Assembly: GCA_965203555.1 (NCBI GenBank) | Contig: CBDBCY010000004.1 | Span: 1,632,001 to 1,696,000 of the forward strand | From: Acidimicrobiia bacterium | Lineage (GTDB): Bacteria; Actinomycetota; Acidimicrobiia; Spongiisociales; ZC4RG35 | Reading direction: 5' to 3' | DNA length: 64,000 nt | Shown here: piece by piece, positions 10,693 to 20,153 of the stretch | Numbering within the stretch: the stretch's first letter is position 1 | Layout of the letters: each line of letters opens with the position of its first letter | Position numbers and translations under genes: made by a program | The notes under the pieces: model-generated | Database searches by the model: none | What the model saw: only the letters and a program-made list of their open reading frames with translations | What the model was told of the DNA's origin: nothing

Positions 10693-11574
10693 TTACCGTC
10701 GGCTGCGAGTCAGCACCGTGTTCAACCCGGCCCCGGCGAGCAGGCCCATCGCCAGAAGATACAACCACAGCAGCAGACTCAGAGCGCCACCCAGCAACCC
10801 GAACACCGCGTTCACTCCGCTGGAGGCCAACTCGAGGTAGGCGCGGAAACCTGTCGACACGACCAGCCACCACACGGTTCCCACCACCGCTCCCGGCAAC
10901 TCCCGTCGCCATGGCGCCCGCCTGCGGGACGCCATGTGGTAGACGGAGGTGGCCCACAAGACCACAACTGCGAACACCACCGGCCAGCGCAACCACCCCC
11001 AAGCCGTGGTAAACGCGGCGCCGGCCCCCAGACGCTCGGCCACCTCCTCGCCGCCACCCAGCAAGGGACCGACCACCACCATCGCCGCCACCAGCGCGGC
11101 CACCAGAATCGTGGAAGCCGTCAGGCCCAGACCCAGGACCCGGGTTGACATCCAGCTTCTGCGTTGATCGTGGCCATATGCCACGTCCAGCGCGCGTACC
11201 ACGGCGACGAAGCCCCGCGACGAGGCGTACATCGTCAAAACGACGCCAACGGTGATCAGTCCCGCATTCGACCGTTCGAAGAGCTCCGCGATGGTGGAGC
11301 GCAGCGTGTTGTCAGAGCCGAAGACCTCATGCACCTGGTTGAGCAGCCATTGCTCGGTGTCGGCAGCCGCGCCCTCACCTATCACCACGTCAAGCGAACC
11401 GAGCGCGGCAGCGAATACAAACACGGCAGGGAACAGCCCGAGGAGCGCGAAAAAGGCGATCTCAGCCGACAGGCCACCCACCCGAACCCTTGACCAGTCG
11501 AGGCGAAGCTCCTCTGCGAACCGTACAACCTGGCGTCCCGAGCTGCGGAACTGCGGCTGTGTGAAACGGCCCAT
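10693..11574 (-). CDS. YihY/virulence factor BrkB family membrane protein
   Basis: LSAEIAFFALLGLFP, ALDVAYG, LRWP, LPGAVVG, GLLGGALSLLLWLYL; start chosen at MGRF. Confidence 0.85.
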   Translation of the reverse strand: MGRFTQPQFRSSGRQVVRFAEELRLDWSRVRVGGLSAEIAFFALLGLFPAVFVFAAALGSLDVVIGEGAAADTEQWLLNQVHEVFGSDNTLRSTIAELFERSNAGLITVGVVLTMYASSRGFVAVVRALDVAYGHDQRRSWMSTRVLGLGLTASTILVAALVAAMVVVGPLLGGGEEVAERLGAGAAFTTAWGWLRWPVVFAVVVLWATSVYHMASRRRAPWRRELPGAVVGTVWWLVVSTGFRAYLELASSGVNAVFGLLGGALSLLLWLYLLAMGLLAGAGLNTVLTRSRR

Positions 11575-12047
11575 ACCGGTCGATACTACGGTTGGCGACC
11601 GCGGGCGGCTTGCCGATGACGACCAGGCGAGCGAGCCGAGCAGTACCAGCATCCCAACCACATACGCGATCGCGTTCGCGGCGCGCAACGCGCCGATGGC
11701 CTCGGGTCCCGCGCTCTCAACCTCGGGCAGACGCGGCTGGCTCCTCGTCGTCCCCAACCACGCTCCCACCAGCCCCACCGGCCGGTTCCTACATCGGTTT
11801 TGATCATGAAGGGCCCCCGATACGACTCCCGCCACACCGGACCCGCCACGGAAACGGTGGGACGCGCCGCGGAGGCCGAAACGCCACGACTCTTTGGTGA
11901 CAGCTCTACTCCCTCCTTGAGAAGTTCAATCCGATATTGGTGATGTTCGGCAAGGGAGAACCCCGCTGGCACGTTGTTTTCTCGGGGTCACCAAACAAGA
12001 CGAATTAGTCTGTCTATCTCGTGGTGTCCCACCCTGTCGGGGGATTT

Positions 12048-13325
12048 GTGAGCAAAACCGGATCTTCAGGCGCCGATGTCCTGGTCGTTGGCGGCGGAAT
12101 CGTGGGGCTGTGCTCCGCTCTCCATTTGCAACGACGGGGGTACGCCGTCACTATCTGTGACCGCGGGGTCCCGGGCGATGGGGCATCCGGGCACAACGCC
12201 GGGCTCTTTTCAATCAGCAATTGCATTCCTACGGCTACGCCCGGTGTGATCCGCTCCGTGCCGAAGATGCTCGCAGACCCGGCTTCTCCCCTTGCAATCC
12301 GATGGCGCTACCTGCCGAAGTTGACTCCCTGGCTGGTCCGGTTTATCTTGGCGAGTCGTCCCAGCCGGGTCGAAGAACTGTCCTTGGCGCTGGCGAGCCT
12401 GCAGAAGCAAGCGGTGAGAGCGTACGCAGATCTGGTGCCCCTGCCAGACGAGGATGCTGCACTCTTCGAAGGCGGACACCTTCTCGCCTACGGGTCGGAT
12501 GCGACTTTCAAGAAGGCTGCTTACAGTCTCGGCATGCGCCGGGCGCGCGGCGTCGATATGCAGATCCTGGACGCGGCGGGCGTGGCCGCCGCCTACCCCG
12601 TTCTGACCGGCCGGATCCGACACGGCGTTTTAGTGCCCGGCTCGTATTATGCCGACCCGCAAGCGTTCACCAGGGCAGTGGCCGCCCGGTTCATCCAGGC
12701 GGGGGGACGATGGTTGCAGCGCACTGTGCGGTCCTTCGAAATCACAGGGAAGAGGGTGGCTGCCGCCGAGACTGACGACGGCCGGGTTGCGGCTTCCGCG
12801 GTGGTTGTCAGCGCCGGAGCGTGGTCGCGATCGCTGGTGCGTGCCCTGGGCTTCGATACACCGCTTGACACCGAACGCGGCTACGGCGTGCGAATTCCCG
12901 ATCCCGGCGTCGAACTGAACGGACCGATAATCTACATGGACCACCACTTGGGGATCACGCCGATTCCGGGTGAGATCCTGCTGGCGGGGACCGATGAGTT
13001 GGCCGGTCTCCACGCACCCCCGGACTACACCCGCGCCGATTTGCTCATTGAAGCCGCCAGGAAACTGTTTCCCGCTTTGAACACCGAGGGCGCCGAAAAG
13101 TGGATGAGCTTCCGCCCCTCTCATCCGGACTCACTCCCGGTCATCGGCCGATCGCCCAGGCAGGAGAACGTGTACCTCGCCTACGGCCACGGTCATGTCG
13201 GTTTCGGCCTCGGTGCGATCACGGGGGAACTGATCGGCCAGCTCGTCGACGGACGGGACACCACCGTCGACGTCGCTCCGTTTCGGCCCACCCGTTTCAC
13301 GATGTTGGGGCGCCGCAATCCCTGA
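12048..13325 (+). CDS. FAD-dependent D-amino acid dehydrogenase family oxidoreductase
   Basis: VVGGGIVG, ASGHNAG, SAGAWS, TERGY, FRPSHPDSLPVIG, GHGHVG. Confidence 0.88.
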   Translation: MSKTGSSGADVLVVGGGIVGLCSALHLQRRGYAVTICDRGVPGDGASGHNAGLFSISNCIPTATPGVIRSVPKMLADPASPLAIRWRYLPKLTPWLVRFILASRPSRVEELSLALASLQKQAVRAYADLVPLPDEDAALFEGGHLLAYGSDATFKKAAYSLGMRRARGVDMQILDAAGVAAAYPVLTGRIRHGVLVPGSYYADPQAFTRAVAARFIQAGGRWLQRTVRSFEITGKRVAAAETDDGRVAASAVVVSAGAWSRSLVRALGFDTPLDTERGYGVRIPDPGVELNGPIIYMDHHLGITPIPGEILLAGTDELAGLHAPPDYTRADLLIEAARKLFPALNTEGAEKWMSFRPSHPDSLPVIGRSPRQENVYLAYGHGHVGFGLGAITGELIGQLVDGRDTTVDVAPFRPTRFTMLGRRNP

Positions 13326-13404
13326 AACTCTGTTGAGTACTCGGCACCCATTACGCAGGGAGCGCCCTGATGGGAACCAACGAACCCCACGCGGGCGTGC
13401 GCCG

Positions 13405-15732
13405 CTACAGGGGAAAGAAGGTCGGCACCAGCGCTATCACGATGCCCAGCACCACGAAGGTCAGAGGGGTCCCAACCTTGGCATAGTCGATGGAGCGGTA
13501 CCCTCCCGCGCCCATGACCAACAGGTTGGCCTTGTGGCTGAAGGGAGTCATGAACGCCGCCGAAGCGGCCAGGCTGATCCCCATCATGGCTGCGTAGGGG
13601 TTCATACCCAGTTGAGCGGCGGTTTCCAATGCCACCGGCGCCATCAGCACGACCGAGGGAGCGCCGTCGAGTGCCTGGCTGAGGATGCTGGCCAACAGGA
13701 CCATGGCGATGAGAACGGCGTAATTTCCCAGCGGTCCCAGAATGTTGATGACCTGGTCGACCATCAGCTTGGCGGCGCCGGTGCTCTCCATGGCGAACCC
13801 GACCGGCAGGACAGCCGCTACCAGAAAAATCGTCCTCCATTCGATGGCCCGGTAAGCCTCCTCCATGGTCACCGTGCGGAACAGGAGAACCAGGCTGGCG
13901 GAGATGAAGGCAGCCACATGGATCGGCTGGATGCCGAACACCACCAGACCGACCATCAGCAGCAGCGCTCCCAGGGCGAGGGGCGCCTTGTTATGTCGTC
14001 GCGGACGAAGGCCTTCGGGAGAGAGAACCACGAAATCGGGATTGGTGCCAAGCAGGCGGATCCGCTCCCAGGGACCCTGGACCAGCAGGGCGTCACCCAA
14101 CTGGAAACGAAGGGTGGCCAAACCGGTGCAGATCGATCGTCCGTCTCGCCACACGGCCAGCAACTGCAGACCGTAGCGATTGCGAAACTCCAGGTCGCGT
14201 ACCGTCTTTCTCACCGCCGCGGACCTGGGCGCCAGCGCCACCTCAACGATTCCGAAGTCCTCGGACTCCAGGCCCGCCGCGTCCACCTGGGAGTGCACCT
14301 CGATATCGCCGATACCCACCAGGTGCTCAACCCGGGCAGTGTCGCAGGCAACCAGCAGGCCGTCTCCCGCCTCTATCACATCATCGGGAGACACCACCAA
14401 ACGAGTGACGTTATCGTGGACGATGGCGCCAATGGTGACTCCCACCAGTTCGCCCAGGCGACTCTCCCTGATCGTGGAACCGGCCAGAGATGACCCTGGG
14501 GGAACACTCATAACCGAGAGTTGGTCCTCCAGGGACTTCAAGGCTGACAATCCCAGGTTCTTGACGCGGAAATCACGGTCGGCCTGCATCCTTTGCAGTT
14601 CGGTTCGGGCGCCCAGTCCGATCAGCCGGTCTCCGGGCTGCAGGACCTCCGACGCCAGTTCTCCCCGGATGGTCTCCCCGCCCCGTTCGATCCCGACTAC
14701 CACGACGTGATAGCGCTGTCGGAAATCTATCTCTTTCAAGCTTTTTCCCGCCAGTCCCGAGGTTTCGGGAATTTCGGCCCGGATGGCGGTGAACCCCCTT
14801 ACCCGGGGGATCTGGCGGGTGGTGGTGGGTCGCAGTTCCACCCCACCCACCCGCATTATGTCCTCCAGATCGGACAGCCTGCCTTCCACAAGCAACACAT
14901 CCCCGCCCTTGAGAAGGGTGTCCGCCTGCGGGACGAAGTTCTTGGCCCCGGGCCGGTGAATCGAAACCACCTGAATGCCCAGCGCCCCTGACAGATTCGC
15001 CTTGGCGAGGGTTACCTTGTCGAGGGGAGATCTCTTCGGGATGGCGATCGTGAACAGCCGCTCCTCTAAGTGGTAGATGTGGGTCAGATCGGCGCTGTCG
15101 GCCACCCCGGGACCGGCCAGACGATCGGGAAGGAGTTTTCTTCCCAGTGTGATCATGAACAGGACGCCCCCGCCCAACAGCAGGGCGCCGATCGGCGTGA
15201 AATCAAACAGCCCGAACGGCTCCAAGTCCCTTTCGGCCAGAATCGACGCCGCCACGATGTTGGGCGGGGTTCCGACCATGGTGGTGGTTCCACCGAGGAT
15301 CGATCCGAACGCCAGCGGCATCATCAGTCGGGACGCTGACAGCCCAGCCCGCCGGGCGATCGCCGCCACCGCCGGCATCAGCACCGCAGTGGCGGCGATA
15401 TTGTTCATGAAGGCCGAAAGGATCCCCGACACCAGCATCAAAGTGATAATCAGCGGTATCTCCTTGCTGCCCACGAGCTTGTAGATCCTGGAAGCCACTA
15501 TGTCGGCTATGCCGGTGTAGAGCAGCGATGCGCTTATGATGAAGATGGCCAGCATGGTGATGACCGCCGGCGACGCGAACCCGGCGAATGCCTCCGTGGG
15601 GTCTACATATCCACCCAGGATCAGCACGCCCAGCCCCAAAAAGGCCGTAAGGTCGACCGGCAGCTTGGCCGTGAGGAACAAGTAGGCCATCCCCACCAAA
15701 AGCAGGATGAGGAAAGCGATCTGCCAGGTCAT
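13405..15732 (-). CDS. SLC13/CitMHS-type permease with four TrkA-C (RCK_C) domains
   Basis: SAFMNN, GGTTTMVGTPPN, repeated TrkA-C units, AFMTPFSHKANLLVMGAGGY. Confidence 0.88.
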   Translation of the reverse strand: MTWQIAFLILLLVGMAYLFLTAKLPVDLTAFLGLGVLILGGYVDPTEAFAGFASPAVITMLAIFIISASLLYTGIADIVASRIYKLVGSKEIPLIITLMLVSGILSAFMNNIAATAVLMPAVAAIARRAGLSASRLMMPLAFGSILGGTTTMVGTPPNIVAASILAERDLEPFGLFDFTPIGALLLGGGVLFMITLGRKLLPDRLAGPGVADSADLTHIYHLEERLFTIAIPKRSPLDKVTLAKANLSGALGIQVVSIHRPGAKNFVPQADTLLKGGDVLLVEGRLSDLEDIMRVGGVELRPTTTRQIPRVRGFTAIRAEIPETSGLAGKSLKEIDFRQRYHVVVVGIERGGETIRGELASEVLQPGDRLIGLGARTELQRMQADRDFRVKNLGLSALKSLEDQLSVMSVPPGSSLAGSTIRESRLGELVGVTIGAIVHDNVTRLVVSPDDVIEAGDGLLVACDTARVEHLVGIGDIEVHSQVDAAGLESEDFGIVEVALAPRSAAVRKTVRDLEFRNRYGLQLLAVWRDGRSICTGLATLRFQLGDALLVQGPWERIRLLGTNPDFVVLSPEGLRPRRHNKAPLALGALLLMVGLVVFGIQPIHVAAFISASLVLLFRTVTMEEAYRAIEWRTIFLVAAVLPVGFAMESTGAAKLMVDQVINILGPLGNYAVLIAMVLLASILSQALDGAPSVVLMAPVALETAAQLGMNPYAAMMGISLAASAAFMTPFSHKANLLVMGAGGYRSIDYAKVGTPLTFVVLGIVIALVPTFFPL

Positions 15733-15831
15733 CCGGCAACTCTAACGGCCGATATCATCCGGGGTTCCTACCGGCGACGTGGCCGGCGTTCGACCTCGAC
15801 ATCTCTTGTGTTCCCGGCTCCACACCTCATA

Positions 15832-17598
15832 TCAAAACGCCCACAGCCGGGGAATGAATATCACAGAGAGAATCCAGAACACGATGCTGAGCGGCACGCC
15901 GGTGCGCAAGAAGTCAGTGTATTTGTATCCACCGGCATTGTAGATCATGGTGTTCGTTTGGTAGCCGACCGGCGTTGAGAATCCGGTCGAAGCGGCGAAA
16001 GTGATGGCCATCAGGAACGGCCGAGGGTCGACGCCGATCTGTTCGGCGGTGGATATGGCGATCGGCGCAAGCAGCACCGCCGCCGCTGCGTTGCTCATTG
16101 TGTCGGTCATGATGGATGTCATCAGGTAAATGACCGCCAGCACGGCGACCGGCCCCATGTCACCGACCATCCCCACCGCCCGTTCTGCGAGGAATCCGGC
16201 TGCTCCGGTCTTTTGCATGGCGATCCCGAGAGGGAGGATCCCGGCCAGAAGGAATATGACCTGCCAGTTGATGGCGTGATAGGCCTCCTCCAATTGAAGA
16301 ACCCGAGTCACCAGCAAGGCCACGCAACCGAGCAGGGCGGTGATGAGGATGGGGAAGACGTTGAACGCCGCCAGCCCGACCACGGCGATAAGGATGCCGA
16401 TGACGAGTGGGGCCTTCTTGCGGAGCACCGCCCCCGGCACTTCGTTGAGAACGATGAAGTCACTGCTGCGACGCAGATCCCTGATTTCCTCTTCGTGAGC
16501 CTGGACCAGTAGAGCGTCCCCCAGACTCAACACCACGGAACTGAGTTTGTCGTTGATTATCTCGTCTTTGCGCTGAATGGCCAGCACCAGCGCCTTGTAA
16601 CGGTTACGGAAATCCACTTCCTTGAGGGTGTGGCCTATGAGACTCGAACCGGGGGCCACCAGAGCCTGGACCACCCGGATGTCCTCCAGTTGGAGTGCTT
16701 CGTCCCGGAGTTTGAAGTCGGCGTTCATTTCGAGACGCAGGGCGCCTCGGAGACGCATCAGAGCCGTCACGGATCCGTGCACCAACAGCACGTGATCCGG
16801 TTGCAGAACCTGGCGCAGAGGCGCCCATCCGGTGCCACCCAGTTGCATCACCCTCAATACCGTTACATCGTGTTCCTCTCCCAGCTTGCTGTCGAGTACC
16901 GATTTGCCGACCAGGGGAGAGTTGTGGCGAACTCTCATCTCCGCCACGTATTCACCCAGGTGGTAAATGGCGGCGTACTCTCTCATCTGCCGGTCGGGCA
17001 GGAGCCACCTTCCCAACACCAGGAAGAAAACCACTCCTGCCACGAACAGGATCAGACCCATTCGGCTGAACTCGAACATGCTGAAAGCGCCGTAGCCGGC
17101 CTGTTCGGAGATCGAGCTGACCAGCAGGTTCGTCGAGGTGCCTACCAGAGTGCACACGCCGCCGAACTGTGAGGCGTAGGACAGGGGAATCAACAGCTTC
17201 GATGCGGAAATCTTCCGCCGGTTTGCAAGGATCGTGACCAGCGGGATGAAAACCGCGACCGCCGCCGTGTTGTTCACGAAGGCCGACATGATGGTAACCG
17301 TTCCCATGATGACCACCAGGGAGGTGTAGTGGTCTTTTCCGAGCCGTACCATGAAGCGGCCCACCGCCGCCGTGGCGCCTGTCTTCTGTAATCCGGCGCT
17401 GAGGACGAACATGGCAGCCACGGTCAAGGTTGCAGGGTTGCTGAAACCGGAAAACCCTTCCTGGGGTGTCACCAGACCGAGAACCAGCAACGTGCCCAAC
17501 CCGATCATGGCGACCAGATCGAGGGGGTACTTCTCGGAGACGAACAGAATTACGGTCCCAACCAGAATGGCCAGCACCATGATGCCTTCGGAGGTCAT
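15832..17598 (-). CDS. SLC13/CitMHS-type permease with two TrkA-C domains
   Basis: SAFVNNT, GGVCTLVGTSTN, FSTPVGYQTNTMIYNAGGY. Confidence 0.9.
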   Translation of the reverse strand: MTSEGIMVLAILVGTVILFVSEKYPLDLVAMIGLGTLLVLGLVTPQEGFSGFSNPATLTVAAMFVLSAGLQKTGATAAVGRFMVRLGKDHYTSLVVIMGTVTIMSAFVNNTAAVAVFIPLVTILANRRKISASKLLIPLSYASQFGGVCTLVGTSTNLLVSSISEQAGYGAFSMFEFSRMGLILFVAGVVFFLVLGRWLLPDRQMREYAAIYHLGEYVAEMRVRHNSPLVGKSVLDSKLGEEHDVTVLRVMQLGGTGWAPLRQVLQPDHVLLVHGSVTALMRLRGALRLEMNADFKLRDEALQLEDIRVVQALVAPGSSLIGHTLKEVDFRNRYKALVLAIQRKDEIINDKLSSVVLSLGDALLVQAHEEEIRDLRRSSDFIVLNEVPGAVLRKKAPLVIGILIAVVGLAAFNVFPILITALLGCVALLVTRVLQLEEAYHAINWQVIFLLAGILPLGIAMQKTGAAGFLAERAVGMVGDMGPVAVLAVIYLMTSIMTDTMSNAAAAVLLAPIAISTAEQIGVDPRPFLMAITFAASTGFSTPVGYQTNTMIYNAGGYKYTDFLRTGVPLSIVFWILSVIFIPRLWAF

Positions 17599-17906
17599 CT
17601 CCGTGGCCCTGTCATCGGAGTCTCCCTTCGCTGAAGCGATGGGTAAGAATAACGAACAACAGCCAAGTTGGACCGCTTATTGCAGCCCTTTTTGAAGAGT
17701 TGCCCTGTGACCTGACCGATCCTGTTGGAAACGACGGCGTCATGGGAGGCCGAGTCCACGGTTGATTTTATTCAAATCAGGCACTGTTGACACCTCGTTC
17801 TCTCCGACATCGGAGCGATCCCGATATGTCCCACGTCGGAGTCCCCGGCAATCCCTCAGGACGGCTTTGTGAGGTTCGGCTAGGCTTATCCTTTGCCGTA
17901 CAGCCC

Positions 17907-17981
17907 GCGCCCGTAGCTCAATTTGGACAGAGCGTCTGACTACGGATCAGAAGGTTGGGGGTTCGAGTCCCTCCGGGCGTG
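17907..17981 (+). tRNA. tRNA-Arg (anticodon ACG)
   Basis: Acceptor stem GCGCCCG/CGGGCGT, D arm GCTC..GAGC, anticodon arm TCTGA-CTACGGA-TCAGA, T arm GGTTCGAGTCC; CCA not encoded. Confidence 0.95.
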
Positions 17982-18040
17982 CCGACCGAAGCGCCGGATC
18001 TGCCGGTGCTTCCGGTGCTTAATGACTTAAGGAGCAACCT

Positions 18041-18811
18041 GTGAAACACCCCCATGGCACATTCTGCTGGATGGACATCTATCTTCCCGACCCCGAGAAG
18101 GGGAAAGCGTTCTACAACGGTCTTTTCGGTTGGGACTGGACTGACGTCCCCATGGGCGATTCCGGGATGTTGTATACCACCTTCAACCTTGACGGCAAGA
18201 GCGTGGGCGCGATGGGACCGGCCATGCCGGGGATGTTCCCCGAAGGGGTGCCGCCTATGTGGTTCTCCTACATCGCCACCGACGACCTGGACGCCACCGC
18301 TGAGAAAGCCCGCGCTTTGGGCGCCAACTTCCTGATGGGCCCCGCCGATGTGGGTAACGGAAGGGTTGCCTTGATGCAGGAACCCGGCGGGGCCTCGCTC
18401 TTTCTCTGGCAGGCCCTCGAATTCGGAGGGGCGGACGCCATCCGCGTTCCCGGGGCCATGGTCTGGAACGAGTTGTACACCCGGGATCTGGAAGCGACCA
18501 AGAGCTTTTACACCGCCCTGTTCGGATGGGAGTGGAGCAGCATGCCGATTCCCCAGGGAGGCGACTACCACCTGGCCAACCTGGGGGATCTCCCGGTGGC
18601 GGGGGTCCTGGTCATGGACGAGAACTGGGGTGAGATCCCTCCCCATTGGATGGTTTACATCCAGGTGGAGGACGCCGACGACGCCGCTGCCCGGGTGACC
18701 AGCCTGGGAGGAGATGTCTGCGTGCCGGTCACCGAGATCGCCGTCGGTCGGTTCGCGGTGGTCAACGACGACCAAAAAGGCACCTTCACCATCTTCGAAC
18801 CCAATAGCTAA
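18041..18811 (+). CDS. Two-domain VOC/glyoxalase family protein (Rv0577/CFP32-like)
   Basis: HGTFCWMD, FYNGLFGW, GAMVWNEL, PPHWMVYIQVEDAD, GRFAVVNDDQ. Confidence 0.88.
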   Translation: MKHPHGTFCWMDIYLPDPEKGKAFYNGLFGWDWTDVPMGDSGMLYTTFNLDGKSVGAMGPAMPGMFPEGVPPMWFSYIATDDLDATAEKARALGANFLMGPADVGNGRVALMQEPGGASLFLWQALEFGGADAIRVPGAMVWNELYTRDLEATKSFYTALFGWEWSSMPIPQGGDYHLANLGDLPVAGVLVMDENWGEIPPHWMVYIQVEDADDAAARVTSLGGDVCVPVTEIAVGRFAVVNDDQKGTFTIFEPNS

Positions 18812-19034
18812 AGCCGAACGGGTGGCGAAAGGTGGAGACGCAGACCCCAAAGTATCGGGAGGCCCTGTAGCCATATCCGGCCCGCCAGTCGGAGCGTTGT
18901 TTGGTCGGGCGACTGCGGCCGCATTCGACCGGGGAGCACAGTTGGCAAAACGAACAATGATCCCATCAGCCGCGGCCGTCCCAGCCCTGAACATACAATT
19001 CGGCGTAGGACACACCACCTCGAAAGGATCACCC

Positions 19035-19301
19035 ATGGCGCCGACAAGCGTCTCGCGTGCGCAACGACGCCGGGAGGAAGTTCATGCCAACTATGAGGTA
19101 TTCGTCAACCACCACGTCAACAGTCTTCTCCAACATCACGAAGGAGACTGGGCGCTCCTGCACAACGGAGAACTGATAGCTTGCTACGGCACCCTTGACG
19201 AGGCTCACGAGGATGGCATGATCAAATACCCTGATCGTCAGTTCTCTATTCAAGAGATCCGCGAACCCGCACCCGTTTACATGGGTTGCCGTGTTCTTTG
19301 A
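19035..19301 (+). CDS. Small DUF5678-like protein, partner of a clan AA aspartyl protease
   Basis: EVHANYEVF..LL..HEGDWALLHNGELI..Y.T..EA..G...YPDRQFSIQEI pattern; RBS AAAGGA. Confidence 0.6.
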   Translation: MAPTSVSRAQRRREEVHANYEVFVNHHVNSLLQHHEGDWALLHNGELIACYGTLDEAHEDGMIKYPDRQFSIQEIREPAPVYMGCRVL

Positions 19302-19748
19302 GGACAACTACGACTCACAAGTAGGGCCCGTGTTGCCCGAGGTCATGCTTCATGCAGAGAACGGGCGAACAGCCAAAGTCAAAGGACTGGTGGATACCGG
19401 ATGCACGATCACGGCCGTAACACCCCCACGTCATCGACGATCTACAGTTGGACGAACCCTTTAGCAAGGTAGAGGTTTAGACGCCGAACGGGGCGGTTCA
19501 GCGATGCTTACTTCCTGCGTTTCGAGTTCACACAAGGCACTCCGCACATAACCCGAGGCATCGGAGTCATTCGTTGCCACCCCACTAACGACAACTATCA
19601 GATCCTCATCGGTCGAAACATCCTACGTCTCGGTGTATTGACGTTGGACGGTGTGAACTCAAGGTTCTCGTTCTTGATCCGTCCTGGACACCGGACATTT
19701 CCCACGCCGCCTCGACCGAAACAGATCCGTCGCGCCGGGTTCGCGTGA
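19291..19748 (+). pseudogene. Retropepsin-like (clan AA) aspartyl protease, disrupted
   Basis: KGLVDTGCTITAVT, then across two frameshifts and an in-frame TAG: HVIDDLQL..TPNG..YFLRF..YQILIGRNILRLGVLTLDG. Confidence 0.7.
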
Positions 19749-20153
19749 TGGTCCCGATCAAATCGAACCACTACCGAAGTTTCACCTCTTTTCACTGCGG
19801 CGGCGACCGAACCGGACCGGCGGGTCTGTGAAAAAACCGCCCCTGTGGGGGTTGACTCCCCGACGCATACGGTCTCATACTGTCCCATAGCTGCACAAAT
19901 ACCTCCGGCCGGGCCAGAGCTCACCCGAACCCGGACAAATCCGAGGTCAAGCCGATCCATGCACCCGGTAACCCCTGGTCCGACGTGACCTCAAACGGTT
20001 TAGGTGGTGGCGGGGGATGGGCCCGTTTGAGGGAGAGCATCTGGGAACAACATTCGCGAGATAGGTAGGGAAATCGCGAGAAATAGCCTTACTGGACCGA
20101 CCAGGACAGGCTCGACACAGACAGAGGCCCGACGCCGGTGTGTCCTGTCCGCC

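Noticed and set aside
11575-11835. N-terminal extension of the YihY ORF
   Set aside because: Not part of the YihY fold; more likely read-through or a remnant of another membrane gene, not identifiable.
17907-17981. tRNA-Arg as an integration site
   Set aside because: No integrase nearby and no duplicated tRNA 3' end seen in the window.
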